In this document: in pieces, positions 1-12,879 of the stretch
How positions within the stretch are numbered: the stretch's first letter is position 1
How the letters are laid out: the number at the start of each line of letters is the position of its first letter
Source: Xylographa opegraphella
Taxonomy: Eukaryota
DNA length: 64,000 nucleotides
Assembly: GCA_022813865.1 (NCBI GenBank)
Contig: JALDZX010000014.1
Location: 248,001 to 312,000, forward strand
Direction: 5' to 3'
Notes under the pieces: model-generated
Database searches by the model: none
Seen by the model: the letters and a program-made list of their open reading frames with translations, nothing else
Told to the model about the DNA's origin: nothing
Made by a program: the position numbers and the translations under genes

Positions 1-3000
1 TTTTTGTATTATTTGATTTTAAATATCCCTTTTATTTAATTAAATAATTCTGACTTGTTTAAACTTTTCTTTACTTCGAATTACTGTTTTTTTTCTTTAT
101 TATATTAAAAGGTTACTTATAATAAAGTACTCGCGTCCGCTAATTTGAGTAGAAAAATATCAAATACCGGGTATCTCTTACATTTTTGGCAGGTTGAGGA
201 GGTAATTAATTAATCCTTTAATTTATTTAATTAGAAATGATTTAATCTTGATATAATCGAGTTTCTTGCTTCGATTTTTACTAACCATTAAATTCTTTGT
301 AAAAAATATACTATATCCCCCTTCTTTAGCTGAGGTTCATTTTTTTTACCATTATATTATATAATAGCAATTTTGTTGTTGCTTTGCTGAATATTTTTTG
401 ACAGCGCCATATGTGTATCTTTTAAATCCGTTCCTAATATTATTACCATGTTAGCATTAAATCCTGGCCTTTTTTATTTAAACAATTTTGAATATTGTCC
501 CGTATTAGCGAAAAAGGGTAGCATTTTTATTATTATAAATTATTTATCGTTTAGTACCAATCACTTCAATAGTAATAATAATATCCAATTATTTTGCTTC
601 AAATTAATAAAGTGTCGTAAATACAGTTTTAAATTTTAATTCATTCTTTCTGTTTAATTATTTATTTATAAATAACAAACGATTAACATCCTTAACTTGA
701 TTTTTGATTTAAACATTAAAGTCTTTTAGAAATTTAATATAAATAGTTCATTTCTGTTAAATATTATTCCTACTGAAAACTTATGATCTTTTGTTAATTT
801 ATTCAATAAAAAGAAAGCCAGCTGTTTCGCTGTAAATAACTTTTTTAAAAAATACGATAATAAAGTATTTAATAAATTTATTTACAAATATTATTATCGA
901 ATCATATTTCAGTTTTATAATTAAATTTTCTAACTTTAATAATTTGTAATAAAATTAATTAAGATTTATTCCCACGGTTTCTCTGAAATGTTTAAAAATT
1001 AAATATTTTTATATACTGTATATTTTGTTGATTTATTTTTTTAACACAGTACGCATTTCTTTATATACTTTTTATCTTCGGGAATTCATAGTTTTTCTTT
1101 ATAGATTTCATTATTTTGATAACCCCTGAATAACGATTTATTGATTTATTAATATTTAATTATTTCTTCTGCTAACAGTTGTATTAAATCTTTTGCAATC
1201 ACCGTAATCTCGAAAGCTACGATTTATTTTATAGAAATAAAAGCTACATTCTTATTTTTCCGTCGTAATACTTCGTTTATTAATTCTTTGTTTATCAAAT
1301 TTTTTCTTTTGCTAAATATATCTGTTATGTTATATTAATTTTTCTTAATATATATATAATTTTGAACTTGTACTGTTCTAAAAGTTTTATTTATTTTACT
1401 TGTTTTTTATTAAGTACTTTCGTCGTAGTAAAACTTAATAGATTTTTATAGTTTATATAAATAGTAAGCTTTAAGCAATTTTCTGTATATACTCTTTAAT
1501 TTTAAATAAATATTACTATAACGAGTAATTTCTTATTGTAAATATTATACTTCTATTCTGCTTGTAACATTTTTTTGAACAATATAAAATAGGGTATTAT
1601 TTCTTATTTTATGTTTATAATAATATACATTTATAGCTAAATTTAATACGTCTGTTTTTATTCTCGCAAACTTTTCTATTTAAAAGGTTATTAAAACTAA
1701 TGTTTTTATACAGTTTTTTTTTAAAAGATCAAAGGCTCGTTGTTGGTTCGAATCCCATTTAAAGTTTCTATTTTCATATCAAATTCGTCCGAGATATCGC
1801 TTTTTTAAATAATTTTTAATAAAAATTATATTAAAGTTTGCAAACCGTAGGAATCTCAAGACCTTTTTTATTATTATCAATTAAGGCCATTGGAGTAGAG
1901 CTTATATTTTTCTAAATTTATTTTAATTTCGTTTTTATTAATTATAAATTTTAGAAAGGCTACTTCGTTCTTACTAAATTTACATTTTTCTGGTTTAAAA
2001 AGCAATTTTGCTTTTCCCAGACATATAAATACTTTCCGTACTTATTTTATATATATTTTTGCTAATTTCGAGAAAATAAATATATCGTTTAAATAAACTA
2101 TTATCGTTAAATTCAAATATATTTTAATAGGTTGTTAACCAATGCCTAATAAATAGCTAGTACATTAATTAATTCCAAAAATATAATTAAATATTCCTAG
2201 TATTTATATTTATTTCGAAATACAGTTTTCTATTCCTCATTTTTCATTTTAATTAAATTATATGCACTTTTAAGGTCAAGTTTAACAAAAATCCTTACTT
2301 TATTAAATTTATTTTGTATTTCGCTGATTTTTGATAGCGAACATCGATTTTTGATAATAATATCGTTCAACTTTCGATAATTAATATAAAATTTAAACTT
2401 ATATTTTTTTTAGATATAAACATCACGAATTATTTTATTGAAAATTTTAATATTCGTATAAATTCTTTTTTCAGGGTTTTATCAATATATTTACGAAACT
2501 CTCGAAGTTTTTTTTAATATATCGTATATAAATTTAAATATTGACTTTTTCCCTGGTTCGAGGTTAATTTTACAGTCCCAAGGTTGGTATTTAAATAAGG
2601 CTTTAAGCCCTTTTTTTTTCTTTAAAAAGCCATGTTTACGCTTTATACTTTTTGAGGATATTAAAAAATGCGTTACTTTTTTTTAAACTCTGATTTAATT
2701 CGTTTTAATAATTTTAGCTAATACGTATCGAGCCGAACCCTCAAGTAAAATCATTTTTATTTCAAAATAAATTTTTTATAATCTTGATCGATTTTCGATT
2801 CTTTAATTTATTTATTACCGTTTTCTGTTGATGTATAAAATATATATTAATAACGCGGTTAATATACTTTTCAATAAATATTTCTTTATTTTAGTTTAAA
2901 AATACGTTGTGCTTAATCTGACAAAATAAATTTTAAATAATATAGCAACAGGCTATAATAACTATATTGAAAACTATTTTTTATAATATTAATAAATAGT

Positions 3001-5236
3001 AATAAAAATGGCCTTATATACCGTTCGTTTTTCTTTTTTAATAACCCGTAGGCCATTATTATTTAAATTTATTGTAAAATTAAAAACTCGAAGCCGCATC
3101 TCTCTGCGAAAGTACTAAATATATAGTTTAAGCTAGCTTTAATGTTTAATAATACGATTATTTAATAATCGTTTATTTTAATTAAATTTTTTATACAATT
3201 TATACAATCTGGTTTTATCCAGTATATTTTAAAATATATTATATTAATCTTTATATATTTCCCTATAATATATAAAATTACTCTTTTCCTTGTTCGAGGT
3301 AGCCGTAAAATTTTTTAATTTTATATGTATATTATATACTTTTTATGGAAATATTATTGTTATAATAAATTTTCGCAGTCGTTTTTTTTGAACGAGTTTC
3401 GTATGTAATAAAATTATGGCCCGATTTTTATATATATTTTATAAATTTTAAATGTTTTCGTTTTTCTTTAAATGCCAAGGGCATTTATCTTTAAAATATT
3501 TATTCTAAATTTAAATGCTACAATAGGCCTTCCCTATATAGTTATTATAATTATGATTTTTTTAATAAATTTTGCAATGCGTACTTATACAAGTATTACT
3601 ATATATTAACTTATAATATAAATATTTTAAATTTACTTAATAATTTTATATATTTATTTTCCTAGTTTTTATCGACGTTGTTGGCTCGTTAGTTTCTTTG
3701 TAAATTTAAATTCCGGGATTGATTAACTCAAATATTCTATTCCTCAAGATTTTCATTGATTTACAAATTGTTAATATTTAAATCGCTTTTTTTATTATTA
3801 TTGATTTTTACCCAAGGGCTATTTTCCTTATTCTGGGTATTAATTTTTTATAAATCAACCTTTTCGTATTTTTATTAATACTTACCTGATCGTTTGAGAT
3901 TATAGTAAATTCCGTATTTTTTTTATTTAAAAACGACTGATTATCTTTTTTCCTAAATTTCGACTTTATCGAAAATTTTTAATATATATTTATTTATAAC
4001 TTCGACACCTTATTCTTTAATCGACAGCTTTAAACAATATAGCCGATTTTTTTATATACGTAATAAATAATTCCTATTTTTTTCCCGTAAGTACTATTTC
4101 CCAAATCACTGCTTTTGCTTTTAAAATATATTTATTTCTATTAATATTGATTTATAAAGGTTTGGCGTTTTATATAATCTCTTTTTTGCTTTAAAGCCGT
4201 TTTTTAATAATTAGTTTTTATTATACCTTCGATGTTGTGTTTACGTTTTATAACCTTATCGTACAGGTTATTATTAATTTTGATATATATCTCGATTATC
4301 TGATCCATAGTTTTAATTATAGTATTAATTTTTATTAATTTATTTTCTACCGAATCTTTAAATTCTTTACGGTATACTACTATTAAAGTATCGTCGTTTT
4401 ATTCAGTCTGGGTTGCAAATTGTTAAAATTAAGTCGAGTATTTTATATAAAATTCTTTTTATTCAAAATACTATATAATTCGTATTACTATATTTTTTAT
4501 TCGATAATTCAAAAAAATTTTGATTTCGATTTTAATGTCGTAAAGTTTTTTAGCCACTTAAAATCTTCGTCGTTAAAATCCCTAAAATATATTTTAAAAT
4601 AAAAAAACGATTTATTTCTAAACTTGTCCTCGTATATATATATAATAACGAAAAATAACCTCTTTAATTCTGGGACACTATTTTCTAAAACCCGAAAAAT
4701 ATGTTTATCTGTATAAATCAGTTATTTAGGTAGTTTTTATTTTTTTATATTTATCAAATCTTTTTACCTTAATGCGATTATCTTTTTTATAATATTTTTT
4801 GTTACCTTTTATAATACTTGAGGTTGAATTTAGTCGTACTCCTGATATATTTATCTTGAAAATATTTTAAAATATTACAATTTTACTTTTTGTTAATATA
4901 ATTCGATTAGGGATTTAAATTGAATTCGTCGCTAAATAAATAAAAAATACAGTAATAGGTTTACCGTTTTTTTTTTAAAAATAATCAATTTCGTACAGTA
5001 TTATATTGAAGCCTACTAGTCTAAAATCATAACATGAATTTAACACGCTTTTTATAATAAAGAAAATCCTTTACTTTATATAAAAATTTTATTTTAAAAT
5101 ATCTTCCATGCCTCCCGAGGAAGGTTACAGAGGCAAAGAGGTTATGCCTTCCATGCCTCCTGAGAAAGCAGAGAAGGCATTCGGAATAAGATTCCCTCGA
5201 CCCTTATTTCATACAACATTGATCAGAGCCTTATTA
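1..5236 (-). mobile_element. RIP-inactivated Ty3/Gypsy chromovirus LTR retrotransposon (5' LTR, gag, pol; 3' end outside window)
   Basis: Minus-strand motifs read through RIP, in Gypsy order. Gag: YST*F*QFATQTE*NDDTLIVVYRK (~4340-4445) and CCHC knuckle (~4021-4066). RT: YRKLNDI..KNR, FVKLDLKSAYN, EE*KTVFR, a YLVMPFGLTNAPA-like stretch, and VYLNDI = YLDD (~2082-2098). RNase H: KTDVLNLAI = ETDASD.AI (~1650) and AE*KYNIYNKKLL. Integrase: EKPWE and TERMN. Then RYPVFDIFLL = HPVFHISLL (~160) and chromodomain YLIK*KGY (~20-45). Confidence 0.93.
4873..5236 (-). repeat. 5' LTR (364 bp) of the Gypsy element
   Basis: Reverse complement aligns along its length with 12519-12879 (e.g. ataaggctctgatcaatgttgt vs ataaggttctgaccaatgttgt). 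Termini TA..TA are RIP'd TG..CA. Lies directly upstream of gag. Confidence 0.85.
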
Positions 5237-5500
5237 TTTATTTAGTAATTTTTTCAAAAATAAAATAACATATATTTAAATTTAAATTACGAGTTGAAAT
5301 TTATTTTCGTTTCAATTATATTTTTAATAATAATAATAAATATATTAATATAGTTTACGAGGCTATAATAATTTCGTATATTATTTATAATATAACGCAT
5401 ATTAACGTATTTATTAAATATTTTATTTAATAATAGTCGAAAACTTCGCTTAAAAGATTTACAAAAGTCTTCGATATTATTTAAATAAATTATTGAATTC

Positions 5501-5566
5501 AATTATATAATTTTATTAAGTTAAATATTAAATTATATAATTTTATTAAGTTAAATATTAAATTAT
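5501..5566. repeat. 30-bp tandem duplication
   Basis: aattatataattttattaagttaaatatta twice plus a partial copy. Confidence 0.8.
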
Positions 5567-6996
5567 TTAACTTCGCTATAGAAATACGTATTTAAATTTG
5601 ATCGAATTTTTATAATATTTTTAATATTCACTGCAATATATAATTAATTTAGAAAAATATAACAATTTCTGTAATAACTTTTAAATTTTTTATTAATCAT
5701 ATTTTTTTTGCCTTAATTTATTAATAAATTTACATAAAATCAATTAATGCCGATCGATATTTAGTAATTTTTGTCTTTATTTTTATTATTTTGATCGTTT
5801 TATTTAGTTAAACCAGACAAGCCGAGAAAATTAAAAAAAATTAATAAAATAAAATTTTATATAGTTTGAATTATTAATGATGAAAGATTTTTCTACTAAA
5901 ATCTACTAAATTTAATACTTAAATAAATATTATTATTGTTTATATTTTTTGATTTTAAATCTTTTAAAATTTTAAAAATTCGAATGCGTTCGATTTTTCA
6001 AATTATTTTTCATTATAAATATTTAATCGATGATTAATAAAAATAGTAATATTTATAGAAAAAATAAGAGTTTACAGTAAAAATTCTTTCATTGTTAATT
6101 TTTCTATAAAAATACTAGTAGTAAATATGAGATAATTTCGATCAATTTTTTATAAAATTATAATTCCCCTCGTTTAAACGCGGTAAAGGCGAAAAAATAG
6201 CGCAATTATTTAATAAAAAAAATAACGATATTAAAAAAAAGGGTTTTCCCAACTTTTTTAAAGTAAATTTAGTAAATATTATTAAATATTTTTACGAGAA
6301 AAAATTTTCATAAGATATTATAGTTACTTTAAATAAAATAGCGAAGGTAAAATATAAATCGTGGTTCAATAGAACGTTGAGAGTATTTAATATTTTTAAT
6401 AAAATTCTTTAAATTGACTTTTTAATGTTAAAATCATTTTTATTTTATTTGTTTAACGTACGCGTTAAAACGGCGTATTACCTGCTTTTTTAATAAAAAC
6501 CAATATTATAATTGTTTGTAAATCGAAAAAAAACTATATAAACTCGAAATTTTATAGACCCATCGTTTTTTTATTATAATAAAAAAAGTCTTAAAGTCGA
6601 TTATTGCAATAACAATCAGCGATTTAACAGAAAAGCATAATTTATTTTTATTTTGTTAAATAAACGCGAAGCGCGAGCGATTTATCGAGATAGCGTTAAA
6701 ATTATTTATAAAATAAATTTATATAATATAAGATAATAATAAAATTTACGTAACGATAATATAAAATTTAAATATTAATAGCGTTTTAAATAAAAGATTT
6801 TATTAACGACTGCTATATAATTTACGTAAATAATTTTTTCATTTATATTATAATATAAATAAACAGTTTTTTAAAAAATCGATAATCATTTTTAACGTTT
6901 AATAAACAAACGAGCGCTATAAATGACGTTAACGTCGAAATTTGGTAAAAATTATTATTTTTATTATTATTTTTATTATTTTTTTAATATAAATTT

Positions 6997-7179
6997 TGTT
7001 GAAAGGTACGATGGGTACTGAAGCGCAGTGGTCATTCTAGCAGAATATATGGGTAAACAAGTGTGTTGTATTAGCTATGAACAACTACGAGACTATATGC
7101 TCGCGCACTAGCGTCACCGGGCCTACGGCGGCCCGAGCTCTCGCTATCCTGCAGGCAGGCCGGGACTCTATTTCTAACA
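6997..7179 (-). mobile_element. Solo LTR family A (183 bp, un-RIP'd, Copia-like termini)
   Basis: TGTT...AACA termini, exact 5-bp TSD aattt (6992-6996 / 7180-7184), GC-balanced island in the AT block, partial second copy at 21666-21731. Strand and Copia assignment are inferred from termini and a TATA-like motif only. Confidence 0.85.
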
Positions 7180-10100
7180 AATTTATTTAATAATTGTGAT
7201 AAATTAAATTTAAAAATTAAAATCAAAAATTTCGTAACTAACGTTAATATGTTAATTTACGGCTATTTAACTGAAAAAATTGCAAAATCTTGATTAAAAT
7301 ATATAAAAAATATATAATATAAATAAATAAACACGACGCCGCCTTCGCGGTCGAAAAATATGAATTTATTTATTTTTTACGTATTTTTAAAAAATTGAAT
7401 ATAATAACGACATTATAAACGACGAAGGCTATTATGTATTTAAATTTTTTAAGCGTTCAAATCAACATAAAATTAAAATAAGGCGTATATTTATAAAATA
7501 TAAAAATTAAAAACGTGATATAAATATTAACGATATTAAAATTAAATAATTTCATTTAAAAAGCGACTTTCGCGAAAGGAAGGTAAATATGTAATATAAT
7601 AATTAATTTAATTATTATATATAACGATAATATAATATAGGCGAAACGACATCGAAAAATTGATAAAAATAAAAAAACAGTCTAAAAATTTATAAAACAA
7701 AAAGCTACGAAATATAATAAAAAGTTTCAAAAAATCAATATAAAAATATTATAAATAAAGGTAATCGTATTCCCGATTAAATTATATTTTATTAGAATTT
7801 AGAATTACGCGACTTTACGTGTACGAAATATAAATAAAACGTAGAAAATAAATAAAATCTGCGATAATATTAAAATAAAAATAGAAATTCGATTGAAATA
7901 TATAATTTCGAGCAAGAAAAAACAACAAATTTTAAAAGAAATGATTAATAAAGGTATTATACTGTTAAACGCGGAAAACGTATATATAACGCTATTTAAA
8001 AAGGTTATAATATTCGCTTATTCAAGCGAATAAAATAAAGAATAAATTGAATATTAAAAACGGATAAAATAGTGACGTAGCGCTGCTTTTTCGGCGGAAA
8101 AACAATAAAATTAAAAAACGAGTTTTTGAAAGTAAAAATTACGCTAGCGATATATATTAAAATAAAATAGAAATATTTATTATTAAAAGGGGTTTTTAAC
8201 TATATATTATAATATAAAACAAAAGATTATCATTAGCTATAAATAATTTAATGTATATTAACGTAATATAAAATTTAAACGACGCTAAAAAACGTATAAA
8301 AACGATTTAAATATTATTAAACCTTTAAATTATTGAAAATTGATAAAAACTATTATTATTATCATTATTATTATTATCATTATTATTATGATTATTATTA
8401 TAAATTAAAAATTATTTCAAAACAAATTTTAAAAACATCGTAACCTTTTAACTCGTTATATTAGAATAAAAGCCTAAAAGTTTATACCGATAAAATAATA
8501 ATAAAATTAAAATAAATTTTAGGTAATTTCGTGTTTTAATATCATAATACTCGAGTAATTAAAGCTTCGATATTTATAAATTTTTTCAAAAATTCTTTAA
8601 AGATTATGGCGAAAATATTCGTAAAAAAAATTACATAGTTGTATTTCGTTATTTACTAAGGTATTCTTAAATCTTCCTGGCTATATAATTTAACTTTAAT
8701 TTAAATTAATATCGCGAAACCCGGGTTCCCGTGTACATATTAAGAATACGTATTTTAATGCAGGCAAATACTCATCAAAATTTAATAATATAAATTCATT
8801 AATATATAACGATCGTATATATATACGTGGTATAAATAAATGATTTTTTTAATTCAATTTTAATTGAATTTATTAAGCAGTACTAATGATTTTGATATAC
8901 GTAGTTTAAGTAATTTACTTCAAATTCTTTTTAAAGTACTAAATTTATTGCTATTATTATTAAATTTATAAACGTTTATTAAATTTAAGTTTAAAAGTTT
9001 TTAAACGTAATCATAATATTTGAGCGATTTTTTAAATATTTTTTTAGGAAAATCGCTTCGTTTTATATTTACCTCGTTGTCGACTATAAAGTCAAATATA
9101 ATTATTTTATTTATATTTATATTTATTTAAAAGATAGTAGCAGTTTAAATGCGTATTAATAATAGCATTATACGAAATAAACGTAAACGATAAAAACAAA
9201 ACGGAAAAAAACAAAAAGTACGCTTGCTTGACCGAGCGATTATTATATATAATTTACATATATAAAATATAAGGTTTTAGGCTCGGGGTGCAAAATGTAT
9301 TTAATTTATTCAATTAAAATTAAAGAAAGAAATTTAAAATCGCAGATTTTGATTACATATATATTTAGCTTTTTGAATAAAAAGCCACGCCCAGAATACG
9401 AGCAGTTAAAAACCACGTTTAAAATATAAATCGGCAAGCAGGTAAACTAATCGACAAATCGAACGTTACTTTGAATTTTGTATTTTACAGTTTTAAACAA
9501 GCAAGCGTAAAAACAATTTTAAAAAAATTTAAAAATATGTGTTATTTTTAGTAATGAATTAATTTTATTTTAAAGATTAATAGACGTTTCTACGAGAATA
9601 ATATAAAAAATACTTTAGAATTATTATAACAAAGAAATAAATAATTATTTAAAAAATAATAAAATAATTAAGGTAATTACTAAAACGTATTATTTTTTTA
9701 TATTTAAAAAAGAAAATTCAAGAATACATTGAGAAGCATAATTTATATTATAAAATTAAATGAAAACGATATTAATTATACAAATTACTAAAATTACTAA
9801 AAATAATTTAAAATTATAATTATTAATAATATTAAATTTTATAATTTTATAATTATTTTTAAAAGAATTTATAATTAAAATTGAAATTAAATATAAATTT
9901 ATATTAACAATCGTGGATAAACTAATTAGAAAAATGAAATTCATTTTATATTTGATATAAAAAGATTAAATATTATAAATTTTGTGTATCTTTTTTAAAA
10001 CATATCATAACAGTATAATTACTTTCGAATAAAATTATATTTAATAAAAATTAATTATTTACGGTTTAATTTTAACAAATTTTAACAAATTTTAACTGAA

Positions 10101-11915
10101 TAAATAAAGATATATTATAAATTGTTAATAAAATATAATTTACAAACGAACGAATAAATAAAACGAATAAATTAAATAATCAAATAATATATATATATAT
10201 ATATTAATCATTGATAAAATAATTAAATAAAATAATTATTGATAATACAATTCGCCTTTATTGATAATATTAATAATATAATAAACTAAATATTGTTTTA
10301 TACTATTTACGAATACTACGAAAAATTATTTCAAAATTTACGATTATTAAAAAAAAATTCGATTTAAAAGTTTCGATGATTATAAAAAAATTTCAAAAAA
10401 ACTTTAAAATTTAATTTTTTCAAATCAATATCTTACGCCAATCGACATAAATTTAGAAGTTTTATAATAAAAAGGGAGAATAAAATTTATTTACTTTAAA
10501 AAAATTTCAAAATAACAAAATTTAGGAATAAAATAAATTATATTAAAATCGAATCTTTAAAAATTGTTTATAATATTTAAAAATACGAATTTTGGAATGA
10601 AAATTATAAAAAAAAATATAAAAAAAATATAAAAAAAAATATAAAAAAAAATATAAAAAAAATACAAAAAAAAGAGTATTTAACATATTACTATTAAAAC
10701 TCGCGTCGAATGGAACATTAAAATTGATATAAATTTTGAATAATTATTTAATAAAATAAAAACAGCGATAAAAAATAATCAATAATTAAATGTTTAATAA
10801 TAATAAAATGTTTAATAAAATGTTTAAACAACGAAAATTGTGAGATAAACGCCTGACTACAGAATTCGTAATTATACAGTAATATGAAAATGTTGAATTG
10901 TAATTATAAAGGGGAAAAGCTTTACTATATAATAACTCACTAAAATATGCAAATAAAGCAAGAAAAGAAAAGTATAAATCAAGTTAAACTTCAAAATTTA
11001 AAACTCGTAATAAGTTTTTTTAATTAAAAAAATTCAGCGTTTACGCTGAACAAAATTTATATATAAATACGTTCAAATTATTTTTTAATTGATTTTTTTT
11101 TCGCTGGCAATATTACGTTAATATTATTGCCAGCGAAAACTTTTTAATAGTTTTCGACCGGGCGTATCGAATGTATATTTTTACATAAATTAATTATAAT
11201 CGTTAATAAATTTTTTTGCCTCGCTTAATTTTATTATTTTTCATTATATTTTATTTTGTATTTTTTTTATTTAATTAAATATTCTACGATAAGTTTTTTA
11301 CGAAATATTCTTTTTCGTTTAATTAATAATAAATTTATTTTGAAGAATTTATTTTCGTAATTATTAATTTATACCGCTGCAGATTAATTTAACAATAAAT
11401 TTTTAATAAAAATCCAACTTTAAATTTAACGCGAGATTAAACTATATAATTATAGAAATTAAATAAATTTTTTCATTTATAAAGAGTTCGAATTAATATA
11501 TTATTTGTTTTATTTTTTAAAATTCTTAAAAAGATTTTACGCATTAAGGTAAAAGATTTTTATTAAAATAATAAAAATATTATATTTTTATGTAAATTCA
11601 TTATTGCGAAATCGTCGGCCAATAAAAAAATAACGATATATTTTTATTATAATGTTTTTTTGTTAATATATTTATAAAAGTTATTGGTTTTTTCGTTTTT
11701 ATTTTATATCGCTGAAAATTATACGCCGCTTCTTTTTTGCCGGGATCTATTAAAGAATTCGTTAATTTAATATATTTAATTTTTCGTTTAAACGTATATT
11801 TTGCGTAATTTTGTTGGCGAATTTTGTAATAATTGTATTAAATGAATTATTAAGCGTTATCTGCAAGGCCGGCAGGAAATTTGATTAATTTTCGAGTATT
11901 TTTAATTTTGTAATG

Positions 11916-12011
11916 ATATATTATAAAGTTATTTTAATAATTTAGTTATGTATCACAAAGTTATTTTAATAATTTAATTATATATTATAAAGTTATTTTA
12001 ATAATCTAATT
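11916..12011. repeat. 32-bp tandem repeat, 3 copies
   Basis: Core aaagttattttaataat recurs with a 32-nt period. The middle copy keeps gtatcac where the others read atattat. Confidence 0.75.
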
Positions 12012-12518
12012 CATTCTTTTCGACTGGCCGTTGATTTGTGGGTAATACGCGGTAAAGTATAATAATTCGATTTTTATAATTTCGATAAAAATTTCTGGTT
12101 TTAATTTAAAAATATGACTTTTAAAATAAATTATTCGAAGATTTAAAAATATATTTAAGAAATTTAATTCAATTTTCTGCCGTATAAATAATTTTTGCTT
12201 AATATTATATCGATTTTTTATTAAATTTATATATTACGATAAGGTAGTAATCGTATTTTTATTATAATTTTATAAAACGAAAATAAAATTCATTATTGCG
12301 TAATAATAAAAATATCGAGCGTTAAAATTGACTAAAAGTTTTCCTAAAATTTATATCGTTTAATTTGATTTTTAAAATATAATTGATAACATATTTACTA
12401 TATACCTTAAAATAATATTTAAAATAATCATATAAATCGTATACTATATATGGTGCCTTTTTCATTTAATCGTACGATATATATAATTTTTTCCGACTAT
12501 TATTAACGTTTATTAAAT

Positions 12519-12879
12519 TGATAAGGTTCTGACCAATGTTGTGTAAAACAAGAGTCGAGGGAATTTTATTTCGAATACCTCCTTTGCCTCCTCAAAAGGC
12601 ATAAAAGATATAACTTTTTTGCTTTAATAACCTCTCGAAAGGTATAAAAAGTATTTTAAAATAGAATTTTTATATAAAATAAAGAATTTCCTTTGTTATA
12701 AAAAGCGTATTTAATCTATATTGTAATTTTAAACTAATAGGCTTCAATACAATATTATACGAAAATTATTATTTTTTGAAAAATGATCAATCTGTTACTA
12801 TATAACTTTTATTTATTTATTAACGAATTCAACCCAGATCCCTAATTGAACTATATTAGTGAAAAGCAGGATCGTAATA
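12519..12879 (+). mobile_element. Solo LTR of the same Gypsy family (361 bp, partly RIP'd)
   Basis: Starts TGATAAGG and ends CGTAATA (RIP'd ..CA). Exact 5-bp TSD taaat (12514-12518 / 12880-12884). Inverted homologue of 4873-5236. Confidence 0.88.

Noticed and set aside
1735..1765. tRNA T-loop-like ggttcgaatccc
   Set aside because: No cloverleaf. It is the antisense of Gypsy pol codons (FKWDSNQQRAFD).
448..9944. Short I/N/K/F-rich ORFs in the ORF track (448, 4420, 5287, 9756)
   Set aside because: Chance frames in RIP'd AT-rich DNA.
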